Assembly: GCF_963921235.1 (NCBI RefSeq)
Contig: NC_086107.1
Location: 113,462,001-113,526,000 of the forward strand
DNA length: 64,000 nucleotides
Direction of reading: 5' to 3'
Origin: Mobula hypostoma
Taxonomy: Eukaryota
The notes under the pieces were generated by a model that saw nothing but the letters and a program-made list of their open reading frames with translations, searched no databases and was not told where the DNA came from. Each line of letters opens with the position of its first letter. Position 1 is the first letter of the stretch. Below are positions 48,777 to 60,690 of the stretch, piece by piece. Made by a program: the position numbers and the translations under genes.

Positions 48777-51700
48777 AGCTACTGGGCCCAGCGGAACTGT
48801 TTCTACTGACAAGAGAAGGGGTAAAGGCGGACCACTGGTGCCTCAAAATCATTTGCTTCCAGCAGGTGGGGCTCGTTGGCCTCGGACAGCAGCCCGCCTA
48901 GGAGAAGGAAAACTCTGATTTTAAACCTCTGCTGCTTTGCGGCCATACCCACCCATGGGAAAGGCTTCGGAGGAAACCCCAAGGAAGAAGTCCGGAGCCA
49001 GGGTCCCTAAGGCAGTTTGATGTTGTTTACAGCTTCACTCTGGCAACCTCTGCGATGACACTGGTGCCAAGCTATATCGGCGCTTGTCCTTCCCTTGGAC
49101 TACATCAGTGACGTGGAGAGGGGGAACCCGCTGCACGGGCAACAGCCGGTTCTTCAAATCTTCCTGCCCAGGCTTGTGCCCTGGAGAGGACACAGTCCAC
49201 CAGAGGCGCAAACCCATGATCCCCAGGATCGATAGCTGCCTACTGTATATCACAGTTACTTATATATTGTGTTTTATAAAATTACTCTTATATTTATATT
49301 TATTGTTTTTTAAATTGTGTTTTTATAGGGGATTGGATCTGGCGTGACAATCATTTTGTTCTCCTTTCCGCCTTTGTACTGAAAAATGACGATAAATAAC
49401 CTAAATCTCGAACCAAAGGGGATAACTTCACTTACCTTCACTCGCCCCGTCACTGAACTCTTCCCACAGCCTATGGGCTCACTTTCGAGGACTCTTTACC
49501 TCATGTTCTAGATAGTTATTGCTTATTTATTATTATTATTATTTCCTTTGTTCTTCTTTTTGTATTTGCACAGTTTGTTGTCTTACGCACGTCGGCTGTC
49601 TGTCCTGTTGGGTGCAGTCTTTCACTGATTCTTGCATCTGCTGTGTATGCCCGCAAGGAAAAAAACCTCAGGGTTGTATGTGGTGACATGTTTGTAGTTT
49701 GAGAATAAACCTACTTTGAACTTTGAATCTTGAAACAAAATGCTGGAGGAGCTCAGTGGGCCGGGCAGCACCTACTCATGGAAATGTACCTCTGCTGATC
49801 TGGAATAAGATAAAGGGTTTCATCTCCCTCCACCTGACCTGCCAAGTTCCTCCAGCTGTCTGCTTTGTTCTGCAGTTTCTCTTGTGTCTCCTGGACATAA
49901 GAGAGGGTGATTAATCATTCAAAGATGCTATTTAGAGGAGCAAATGGGACAAAAATGTGAAGGGAAGGAATTCCAAAGTTCAATGTAAATTTATAATCAA
50001 AGCAAGTTTGTTTATCATTCCTCCATACTTAGATACAGCTGAACAATTCAGCCTTTCTCTCAGGCCAAGGCACAAACATTCAAAATAGCAAGTAACATAA
50101 TTCAAATTAGTGAGTAAAGATGCATACTCAACTTGAAAAAAAAGATATGTATCAAAATACATATATGTCACCATATACAACCACGAGATTCATTCTCACA
50201 TTAAAATTGTGAAAATGAGCATTCTCAGTAAATACAAGAAACACAATAGAATCAATGAAAGACCACACCCAACAGGGCAGACGGAAAACAAATTGCAAAA
50301 GACAGCAAAATGAGAAAAAAATTATCAAAATAATAACAATAAAATAAATTTTAAAACAACAACAAATACTGAGAACATGAGATGAAGGGTCCTTGAAGGT
50401 GAGTCCATAGGTTGTGGGAACAGTTCGGTGATTGGGTGAGTGAGGTTGAGTAAAGTTATCGCATCTGATGAGAGGAGATAACCACTCAAGAGCCTAATGT
50501 TTGAGGGGTAACAGGTTGTTCCTGAACCTGGTGGTGTGGGTCTTGAGACTCCTGGACCTTCTTCCCAATGGCAGCAGCAAGAAGAGAGCATAACCTGGGT
50601 GATGGGGTTGGAGTCATCAAGTTAAATTTAACGTCCAACACTCTTCTTTACCGTTCTGCTTAATTCTGATGAAATGACGTCAGTGTGAAACGTTTACTCT
50701 CCTTAGTAACACACATGAGATGCTGGAGGAACTCAGGAGATCAGACAGCACCTGTGGAAATGAGCGGACAGTCAACGTTTGGCACCAAGATCCTTCTTCA
50801 AGACTCTCCTCCCTCCTCAGGTGTTGCCCGACATGAGGGATCGCGATGTTTCGGGTCGGGACACTTTAACAGGATGGTAGACAGTCTTGATGGAGGGTCT
50901 TGGCCAGAAGTGACGATGTTCCAGTTCCCTCCATAGACACCGCCTGACCGGCTGAATTCCTCCGCTGATTTCTGCACTGCTCATTCAGTGTGGACTGATC
51001 AGGGCTCATCTGGGCATTACCACTCTGCTGCTTTCTGTCAGCTCACTACACGCTGGCTGCTGTCATCAGTAATTGGATTATTACGGTCATGTGAACTGCG
51101 ATACAGCGGTTAAAAAAAAACTTTCGTTACAACAGCACTTCGGAAGAACTTAATTGGCTGAAAATCACTTTTGGACTAAAGATACGAAGAGCAGCAGAAG
51201 ACCGAACGGCTGTGAATAAGAAAAATGAGAGCGCTGTTTTTATCTCGGTCTTTTGGTTAGTCATGAATTGGAATCAATTTATGATCTGAAGCCTCAGAAA
51301 CTGATAATGTCATCCATGTACACTGGTTTATTTATCAACTCTGGTATCTTATCTATTACCAGTCATTCTCAGAATGAAAATAATAAACCATCATTAGTAG
51401 ACAAAACTCAGTAGCAACATTAGAGATTTTCATCTGAAAGGTATAGGAGGGGACCCAGGGGTGGAGTGAAACCAAAGTGGAGTACCCAGAAATTACCTGC
51501 TCCATGGATGTTATTCAAGTGCACCAACTCAGTTAGCAAATGATTTCGCAAAAGCACAGAGTGTGAGATTATTATGAGATCTTGAAGGCACATCTTATGA
51601 GGATAGGTTGAGCGAGCTAGGGTTTTTCTCTTTAGAGTAAAGGCGTATGAGAGGAGACTTGATAGAGGTGTACAGGATGATAAGAAGAATAGACCGAGTT

Positions 51701-52404
51701 GACAGCCGGAGACTTTTTCCCAGGGTGGAAATGGCTAATACCAGGGGACATAATTTTAAGGTGACTGCAGGAAAGTAGAGGAGGGTATGTCAGAGGTGGG
51801 TTTTTTACACAGAAAGTAGTGGGTGTGTGGGTCAGGGAGTGCAGGTAGAAGCAGATACATTAGGGACATTTAAGAAACACATGAATGAACGATAAGTGGA
51901 GGATATGTGAGAAGGAAGTGTTAGATTGATCTTAGAGTTGATTAAAAGGTTGGGACAACATCATGGGCTGAAGGGACTGTTCTGTGCTGCAATGATCTAT
52001 GTTCTATACTCCTCTGGGTGGGTGTTAAAATCCAGCTGAAATTTCCAGGATTTTTATGGATTTCTCCAAGGACATTAATGTCACCTAAAATCACTGGAAG
52101 AGCACTGCGAGTGCCATCGCTGATCCTGCTAAACATCAGCCAGAGAGGTTGACCTGGAATCACAGACTGTCCACACCAGATTGGTCTCCTGTTCTCGGTT
52201 GTTCTCATGGCTGCCGTCACTGAGAGCATGTTCTCCTTGCAAGCCCATTTGAATGCACGTTTCCCAGCTGGAGTAGAAATCCGCAGGCCAGGCCTGGGAG
52301 AGCTCCACCAGGAACCAAGTCAACAATCAAAATGCTGCAACATCTTGCTTGTTGCTTTGGAATCCAGTAGCTGCAGTCGCTTGTGTCTCCAGTAGTTGGG
52401 TAAT

Positions 52405-53150
52405 TCCTATGCCCGTTCCCATTCCAATATGTCTATCCTCTGCCAAGATGAGGCCAGTCTCAGGATGGAGGAGCAACATCTCATATTCTGTCTACGTGGC
52501 CTCCAATCTGATGACATGCTTGTTGATTTTTCCATCCAGTAATTTCTATCTCTCTTTTTCTCCTTTTTCCTTTTCCTTTCCCCCTTATAATACCATAAGA
52601 AAAAGGAGCACAATTAAGCCATTTGGCCCATCGAGCCTGCTCTGCCATTTCATCTCAGTTCCAATCACCTGCCTTCTTCCCTATCCCTTCATGCCTGACT
52701 AATTAAGAATCTCTCAACCCCTGCCTTAAATTTACTCAATGACTTAGCCCCCACAACTGCCTCTTCATCTATTCCCCGCGCTGGCCTCTTACCTCTTCAC
52801 CTCACCTGCCTATCACCTCCCCCTGCGATCCCTCCTCCTTCCCTTTCTCCTGTGGTCCACCCTCCTCCCCTATCAAATCCCTCCTTCTCCAGCCCTTGAG
52901 CTTTCCCGCCCACCTGGCTTCACCTATCGCCTTGCAGCTTGTCATCCTTCCTCTTCCCCCCATGTTTTTTTATTCTGGAATCTTCCCCCTTCCTTTCCAG
53001 TGCTGATGAAGGATCTCAGCCTGAAACGTCAACTGTTGACCATGGATGCTTCATTCTTCTCCACAGATGCTGCCTGGCCTTCTCAGTTCCTCCAGCATTC
53101 TGTGTGAGTTACATCGGATTTCCAGCACCTGCAGGTTTCTCACGTATTTG
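52405..53150 (+). mobile_element. Degenerate Penelope 3' fragment with CR1 insert; degenerate hammerhead motif at 52999-53034
   Basis: Remnant LEEQHLIFCL, pyrimidine-rich UTR, and CTGATGA..GAAACGTC. Confidence 0.7.
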
Positions 53151-53932
53151 ACATTATTTCACCACTTTTTCTTTTGCTCTGCTTATTTAATTTAACTATT
53201 ACTGTAACTGACAGTATTTTCTCTATAATTATGTATTGCACTGTACTGCTGCCACAAAACAACGAATGTCATAACATATGCCAGTGACATCCAACCTGAT
53301 TCTGAATCGATTCATCATTTCCATATTTGCTGCCTGACCTGCTGAGTTCCTTCAGAATCTTGTGTGCGTTGCTCAAGATCTCCAGCATCTACAGCGTCTC
53401 TTGTGCTCACTATTTGGTAATCAACCTGCTGCGCTCTGTCAAATCTTGATGAAATCAGTGGTCTTGGAACTCTACTCTCAAAGTTACTTCTGAGAAATTT
53501 TGAACCGTTTTCCTTCGTTTTTTTCTTTCAGAAACATTGGGTGTTTCCAAACAGCAGCCATTACTATCAACTCTGGTTCTAAGCACAGATCCAGAAGAGA
53601 TAAAGCGATTCACAAGAATGCAGAAGATTAAGCTGCGATTTGCCTGATGCAGTTAAGCTGATCAAAGAACCGGATAGGATAAATAAAAATAAAGAACTTC
53701 ATCTGGTGGGAAGTTCCATGCAAGATCTTCAATGATAGCCCAGATACTGGTTAATAGGGTTGTATTAATAATTAACAGGACACAACAGTAGTGTGGCGGT
53801 TAACATAGAACATAGCAATTTACAGCACATTACAGGCCCTTTAGCCCACAATGTTCTGCCGACTATGTATCCTACTCTAGAAACTGCCTAGAATTTCCCT
53901 CTATTTTTCTAAGCTCCATTTACTTATCACGT

Positions 53933-54237
53933 GTGGGCACGTGGCCAGGTGGTTAAGGCATTCGACTAGCCTTCGTGAGCTCGAGCCCCAGCAGAGGCAA
54001 CGTGTTGTGTCCTTGAGCAAGGCACTTAATCACACAGTGCTCTGCGACGACACTGGTGCCAAGCTGTATCGGCCCTTGCCCTTCCCTTGGACAACATCGG
54101 TGTCGTGGAGAGGGGAGATTTGCAGCATGGGCACCTGCTGGTCTTCCGTACAACCTTGCCCAGGCCTGCGCCCTGGAGAGCGAAGACTTTCCAGGCACAG
54201 ATCCATGGTCTCACAAGACTAACGGATGCCTAAAATA
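53933..54237 (+). mobile_element. tRNA-derived SINE (family of 6329-6607)
   Basis: TGGCCAGGTGG A box and the shared body, ending GACTAACGGATGCCTA. Confidence 0.8.
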
Positions 54238-57200
54238 TGAACCTATCTAAGATGCTGTTAAAAGACCCTGTTGTATCCGCTTCCACCACCGCCGCTGGCA
54301 GTGCATTCCACACACCCACCACTCTCTGTGTGGAAAACTTAACCCTGATATCCCCTCGGTACCTATTTCCAGGCACCTTAAAACTATGCTCCCTCCTGTT
54401 AGCCACAGCTTGGCGCGTTCCAGCGTTCAGAGTTCAGTCCCGGTGCCGTACTGTGAGTAGTCGCTCTCCATCTTCCCCGTGGAACGCGTCGATTTTCTCC
54501 AGGTTCCCCCACAACCCCCACCCCGAATTCCTCCCACAGTCCAAAGATATACCGGGCAGGTTCATCGGTGATTGTAAATTGCCCCGGGATGAGGTTAGGG
54601 TTAGCTGGGTTTGTCAGAGGTTGCTGGGGCGGTGGAGTTCAAAGGGCTGGGAGCACCCACCACCCTCTGCGTGTAACAACTTGCCTCATAGAGCACCTTT
54701 AAACCTCCCCCCCTCTCACCTTGCAGCTATTTGACATTTCCACCCTGGAAATGCACCCCTGAGTACCCATCCTCTTGAATGATCAAATGGGGCGGGGGGA
54801 CCGAATGACGTTCTACGATCTCCTGAACACAACTCAATAGCGGAAAGCCGGCCCAGCCACAGAAAGAAACTACTTGAGCAGGACGGTAAAGAGAGGACAG
54901 CTGTAAATTCAGACTGCTGAGAGACGTTTGAAGCTGCTTGCCTGAATCAGTCATCTCGTGAATTTCAACAGGTCCTAAAGTTATAGATTTTTATTTATTT
55001 ATTGGAAGAGAGTGCGGAATAAGCTCTTCTGGCCCTTCGAGCCCAGCAAACTCCAAATTAACTCTCCTCTAATTACAGTGACCAATGGACCCACCAACCC
55101 CGAAGTCTTTGGACTGTGGGAGGAAACGGGAGCACCCGGAGGAAACCCACGCGGTCACAGGGAGAACGTACAAACTCCTCATAGACAGCAGTGGGCTCCC
55201 ACTCTCTCAGTAAACAGAAAACCTTATTCACTGTTTATCCTCCGCATCACCCCTGTTTTTGCACGATGAGAGACACTCGCCCTGTTCACACACACACCCA
55301 ACCTCAAACTTAACACATTTCCGAGGGATTCTGCAGATGCTGGAAATCCAGAGCAACGCACACAAAGTGCTGGAGGAACACAGCAGGTCAGGCAGCGTCG
55401 ATGGAAATGAGTAAGAAGTCAATGATTTGGGCCGAGACCCTTCATCGGGACTTGAAAGGAAGGGAGAAGATGCCAGAATAAGAATGTGGGGAGAGGGGAA
55501 GGAGGGTAGCTAGAAGATGATAGAATCATGGAGTCATAGAAAAATACAGCACAGAAACAGGCCCTTTGGCCCATCTATCCCATTCTGAACCATTTAAACA
55601 GCTTAGTCCCATTGACCTGCACCAGGACCATAGCCATGCATACCCTTCCATCCACATACCTACCTAAGCTTCTCTCAACGTTGAAATCGAGCTCGCATGC
55701 ACCACTTGCACTGGCAGCTCGTTCCACACTCTCATCACCCTCTGGGTGAAGAAGTTTCCCCTCATGTTCTTTCACCTTTCACCCTTAACCTGTGACTTTA
55801 TCGTAGTCCCACTCAACCTCATGGAAAAAAAGGCTGCTTGCATTTACCCTATCTATATCCCTCATAATTTTGAATGCCTCTATCAAATCTCCCCTCAATC
55901 TTCCACATCAAATAGGCTGAATTTGGAGTATCATGTGCAGTTCTGTTCACCTACCTGCAGGAAAGATGTAAATAAAGTTGAAAGAGTGCAGAGAAAATTT
56001 ACAAGGGTGCTGCTGGCACTTGAGGAGTTCAATTACAGGGAAAGGTTGAATAGGTCAGGACTTTATTACCTGGGGTGCAGGAGAACGAGAAGAGATCTTG
56101 ATAGCATTTGTGACCTGTTTCTCTCTCTGCCTCTCTATGGAGGCCTACAAAATTACCAGGACTATCAATAAGGAGAACACATACAGGTCTTTTCCCTTCA
56201 GGTTGGGCGAGACTAGAAATCAAGGCCATAGGCTTGGGGTGAAAGGTGAAGTATTGAAGGGGAATCTGAGGTGAAACGTCTCCACTCAGAGGAAAACAAG
56301 CTGCCGACAAAAGCGGCAGATGCAAGACCAATCGTATCCATTTAAGAGGAGTCTGGATAGGAGGGGTATGGAGGGATATGGAATATGAGATGAACAGTCC
56401 TTGAAAGTGAGACCATAGGTTGTGGGAACAGTTAAATGATGGGGTGAGTGACGTTATCCCCTCTGGTTCAGGAACCTGATGGTTGAGGGGTAATAACTGT
56501 TCCTGAGCCTGGTGGTGTGGTGTCCACTGGGTCCACTGTTCTGGTAGGTTTGGATTTCATTTGCCTCCTTCCACCTTCAGTACCCCTTACACATCTCTTA
56601 CTATTATTTCCTATCCTTCGACTGCTCCTGCATCAATTGGTCTACAGAATCCCATCAGAGACCTTCCTTTCCCTTGGGTACCACAGTAGCGTAGCGGTTA
56701 GTGTGACGTCATTACAGCTCGGGGCGTTACAGTTAAATCGGGGGGTTGATGGGCAACGAGGCTTGAAGGGCCGGAAAGGCCTACTGCACGCTGTATTTCA
56801 ATAAATATTCAGGGAATCAAGGAATATGGGTCCCTACAGGCAGTGGTGCTGAGATAGAAAATCAGCCATAATCCGATCGAATCAGTGAGCAGGTAGACAG
56901 CTGCTCTTTTACCTTATGTTTTCACACCCCTCTTTGTTTTTATTCTCTGTGGGGTGGCAGTGCCTTACTTTTCCAAGGTCAGGTTGAACAAGTCCTGCCC
57001 ACAAAACAATCAGAAAGCTCCTCTGACGGCCTCTCCCGCTTAACTGACTGTCGAACCATTCTAATGATTTGAATGCTACTGATATATCCCGAGCATCTCT
57101 ACATATTAAAAAAAACTATGAGGGAGGGGGATAGTGGGAAGGTTCTCAGAAGCGGGAGGTGATAGATGACGGTGATAAAGAGTTGAAGATGGTGTTATCA

Positions 57201-57614
57201 GATAGACGCATGGACTAAAAGGAAGGAGGTGGGGAGGGGGAGCCAGTGGGAGGAGTAAGTGGATGGAGAGGCTGGGGGAGAATAGAAAGGGTGATGTGGA
57301 GGAGAGAGAGATGAGCGAAGGGGCTGAGGGGGATCAGAGAAGAGAGGAAAGAAAGAAGAGAGGAAAGAAAGAAGAGAGGGGAGATCAGGAGGAGAAAGAA
57401 GAGAGAGAAAGGACAGAGGGAAATAGGTCACTCTTTGTGTAGCCCCACTAGTGCGGACCCAGGCTGAATATGGGTACAGTAGTGGGGTCCCATATAGCTG
57501 TTGCTAGGGCACACTGCACGCCTGCCTCCTATGTGTACCACCTGGAACTCAGCGTATGATTATTCTGAAGTGTGAAGATGAAAATGTTCGGCCCCTGCTT
57601 GCACTTGTGCTCAC

Positions 57615-57690
57615 TTGGGCTATGTTTAGACCCAGAGTCAAAGATGAAAAAGCACACCAATATGGGTAAGCTGATATAAATATGAAACAT
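57615..57690 (-). CDS. il2rb: Probable first coding exon (signal peptide) of IL2RB-like receptor: MFHIYISLPILVCFFIFDSGSKHSP+1 nt
   Basis: ATG at 57690, a hydrophobic core, and a donor A|GTGAGC in phase 1. This matches the phase-1 start of the 36587 exon (A+GA=Arg). It sits in non-repetitive DNA next to lymphoid promoter-type motifs. No transcript evidence. Confidence 0.6.
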
Positions 57691-57769
57691 TATCTGATAT
57701 CTCCATGTTGAGGTGCAGGTTCTTCTACACACGGATAGAAAGATTTGTAACCCAAATACAGTACTACTA

Positions 57770-57830
57770 AACAAGCAGGAAGTGGTTGGTCTTTATCAGC
57801 TTTTCACTCAATTGCAGTTCAGAGAAGCCA
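57770..57830 (-). promoter_or_regulatory. Candidate lymphoid promoter/enhancer: ETS (CAGGAAGT 57776-57783) overlapping RUNX-like AGTGGTT, GATA (57793-57797), GAS TTCAGAGAA (57818-57826)
   Basis: Four motifs within ~55 nt, 85-135 nt upstream of the putative ATG. Function is inferred. Confidence 0.45.
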
Positions 57831-57982
57831 CAGACTAAAGGCTCATATTTCTACACCAACAACTCAGCCTCAAGAAAAGCCAGAGAACTTTGTAACTAAT
57901 TAAATACTTCTGGAGATTGGGAAACACGGAAGCAAATTCTCAGGCACAGTCACTGAGGACAAGGTGGGGACGGTATAGACAT

Positions 57983-58105
57983 GAGGATGGTGCAGGCAGC
58001 GAGGACGGTGTAGGCAGCGAGGACGGTGTAGGCAGTGAGGACTGTGTAGGCGGTGAGGATGGTGTAGGCGGTGGCGATGCTGTAGATGGCATGGACGGTG
58101 TAGAC
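57983..58105. repeat. Degenerate 18-bp tandem repeat x ~6-7 (GAGGACGGTGTAGGCAGC)
   Basis: Directly visible. Confidence 0.8.
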
Positions 58106-58549
58106 AGAGGGAACGAGATTGGATAAGTCCATCATGGTGTTGAAGAATCTTGCAGCAGGCATTTTTTGAATTTGCTCACTGAAAATTCCTTCAATAAAAT
58201 GTCAACGTTCCTTCAATAAATGTTAAATGGAATGTGTGCTGATAATTTGTGGACTTGCTGTAACTGGATGCTTGAAGATTGGCGCAGACTCAATGGGCTG
58301 AATGGCCTGTTTCTTTACCCTATCCCCCTCTATCAATGGCTCTGTGTGATAATCTGGTCATTTTCATATATTTTGGAACTGTGTCACTGGCCATTATTGC
58401 AATGTTATGGAATTCCTATATACGTGAATCCAGCTGTCAGTGGAAACGGTGGAGGCTGGTCCATAAGACACATTGAAGAGGCATGTGGACAGATATATGG
58501 ATGAGATGAGATTCAAGCAGGGAATCCCAACCTGGGGTCCATGGACCCC

Positions 58550-58902
58550 TTTACTTAACCTACTTACTGCCCGTTACGCCACTGGCTTATAGGCCAGCAA
58601 CGTAGGCCCCCCAGCTCCGTCTGTCAACATCGCCACACACATATACGGAAGGATTCTTCTTTGCCGTTTCCTTAACAATTTTGTTCAGCCAGTCAGGGTT
58701 GTTAACCCTGAGATGAACCCCTGAACCTGGAGGACTGGTGGACCACTCTTAGTCCGGCCTCTACCCTTTGACCTGTTTGGCATGGGTGACCCTACCAAGA
58801 GCCAAAGCACAAAGCCCTGACTCCAGCCAACATTGTTCTCCGGGTCATTGAGACGTGCAAGCCTTCAAACCCAGCAACAAGGCTGTGATCCTCTCGGAGG
58901 CA
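58550..58902 (-). mobile_element. RTE-related short non-autonomous element inserted in a hAT MITE
   Basis: The minus strand has an RTE/Rex3-like 5' UTR (CACAGCCTTG..CAATGA..GGTAGGGTCACCCATG..GACTAAGAG) and a (TAAG)n tail. GGACCC is duplicated at the flanks. Confidence 0.55.
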
Positions 58903-59384
58903 AGGACCCTCAGCATTGTAGAGTTGGGAATCCCTGGATTAGAGGGACGTGGGCCAAGTGTTGGGGGGTGGAATTAGCTTGATGGACTATCTTGGTCAGC
59001 ATGCACATGTACGGGCTGAAGGTCCTTTCCCTGTTGGATGAATCTATATTAAAGTCAGACAAAATAAGAAGACACAGATTTAGGCTGGAGGAAGAGGGGA
59101 TCGGAGGCCGACCTTTTCCCACTCAGAGTAGCTGGAACACACTGCCGAAGGGAACAGGTGAGCAGAGTCATTAACTTTAAAATGTCTTCCAATGCACAGT
59201 TCTATCACTTCTGTGTAGAGGGGTAAAGGCCAAGTGCTGGGGGATGTAGTTTATGCAGAAGGGGACCCACTGGTCAGTATATCCATGGAGGACAGAGTGG
59301 CCTGTTTCCAAGCTGTACATCTCTGCAGCATCACTCACTGACTAAGAGAAACAGAGCCAACAATCCTGAGACAAAAGAAGCTTG

Positions 59385-59970
59385 TAAACCCGTCCGCTCC
59401 ATCCGCCAGAAGTGGGACTTCCCAGTGGTCAAGTGTTTTAATTCCGATTCCCGTTCTTGTTCCGACATGTCGGTCTATGGCCTCCTCTTCTGCCAAGATG
59501 AGCCCACCCTCTGGGTGGAGGAGCAACACTGTATATTTTGTCTGGGTAGCTTCCAACTTGATGGCATGAATATGGATTTCTCCATCCTATTAAAAAACTT
59601 CTCCTCCACTTCCCCACTCTGGCCTCTCACACCTACTCTCCTGCCTATCACGTACTCAGGGGTTCTCTTCCCCTTCCCTTTCTCCTATGGTCCATTCTCC
59701 GCTCTTATCAGATTCCTTTTTCTCCAGCCCTCTCTCTATCTTTCCAACCCGCCCGGTTTCACCTATCACCTTCTAACTATCCTCCTTCCCCTCCCGCCGC
59801 CTTTCTATTCAGATGTCTTACCCTTTCCTTTCCAGTTCTGATGAGGGGTCTCGGCATGAAAGGTCGACTGAGTATTCATTTCCACAGAAGCTGCCTGACC
59901 TGCTGAGTTCCTCCAGCGTTTCGTGTGTGTTGCTCTGGATTTCCGGCATCTGCAGAATCCTTTGTGTTTA
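59385..59970 (+). mobile_element. Degenerate Penelope 3' fragment
   Basis: FNSDSRSCSDMSVYGLLFCQDE..EEQHCIFCLGSFQLDGMNMDFS, homologous to the C-terminus of ORF 12657-13547. Degenerate hammerhead motif at 59834-59869. Confidence 0.85.
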
Positions 59971-60399
59971 GAAGCCTGTTAAGCCTGAGGTGGGGTGTGT
60001 GTGAAGAAGGCATATGCCTCTCATCGTGTAAAAGCAGAGGTGTTGATGGGGATGAGCTGTAAGCAAGGCTATCTGGTTAGTGAGTGAGTGGGAACAGTCA
60101 GAGAGTGAAAGCTCCCTGGTTCCTGTAAGGAGTTTGTGTCTTCTCCCTGTGACCAGGTGAGTTTCCTCCGGGCTCTCTGATTTCCAGAGACGTTCCAGTT
60201 AGAAGGCTAATTGATCATTGTAAATTGTCCCACGATTAGGCTAGGGCTAAATCGGAGGATTCTGGCCTGTGTGGCTTGCAGGGCTGGTCCCGCACTGTAT
60301 CTCAATAAATAGATAAACAACGAAGGTGCAAAAAGAAGAGGCAAGAGAAATGGCAGTAACATTTCACTCTGTAATCCAGGTTGCTCAGGGAAAATTATC

Positions 60400-60690
60400 T
60401 GAAGGAAGGGTAAATTTGAAGGCAGAATACAGGGTCAATGGCAGAATGCCCTGCTGTGTGCAGGAACAGACAGATCTTGGGGTCCACGTCAATAGTTCCC
60501 TCGGAGTTGCGGCACAAACTGACAGGGCGGTGAAGAAGGCGTATGGTGTGTTGGCCTTCATTATTCGGGGAATTGAGTTCAAGAACCGTGTGGTGATGTT
60601 ACATTCTATAAAATTGTGGTTAGACCACTTTTGGAGTACTGTGTTCATTTCTGGTCACCTCGTTATCGGAAAGATGCAGAAGCTTCAGAG
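60400..60690 (+). mobile_element. CR1 ORF2 fragment leading into the 42-bp array
   Basis: EQTDLGVHVNSSL..VKKAYGVLAFIIRGIEFKN. Confidence 0.85.

Noticed and set aside
51490..51560. Micro-exon ending ATGGAGCAG|GTAATT on the minus strand
   Set aside because: The donor is phase 0 relative to that ATG, which is incompatible with the phase-1 D1 exon, and there is no signal peptide. Unsupported without RNA data.
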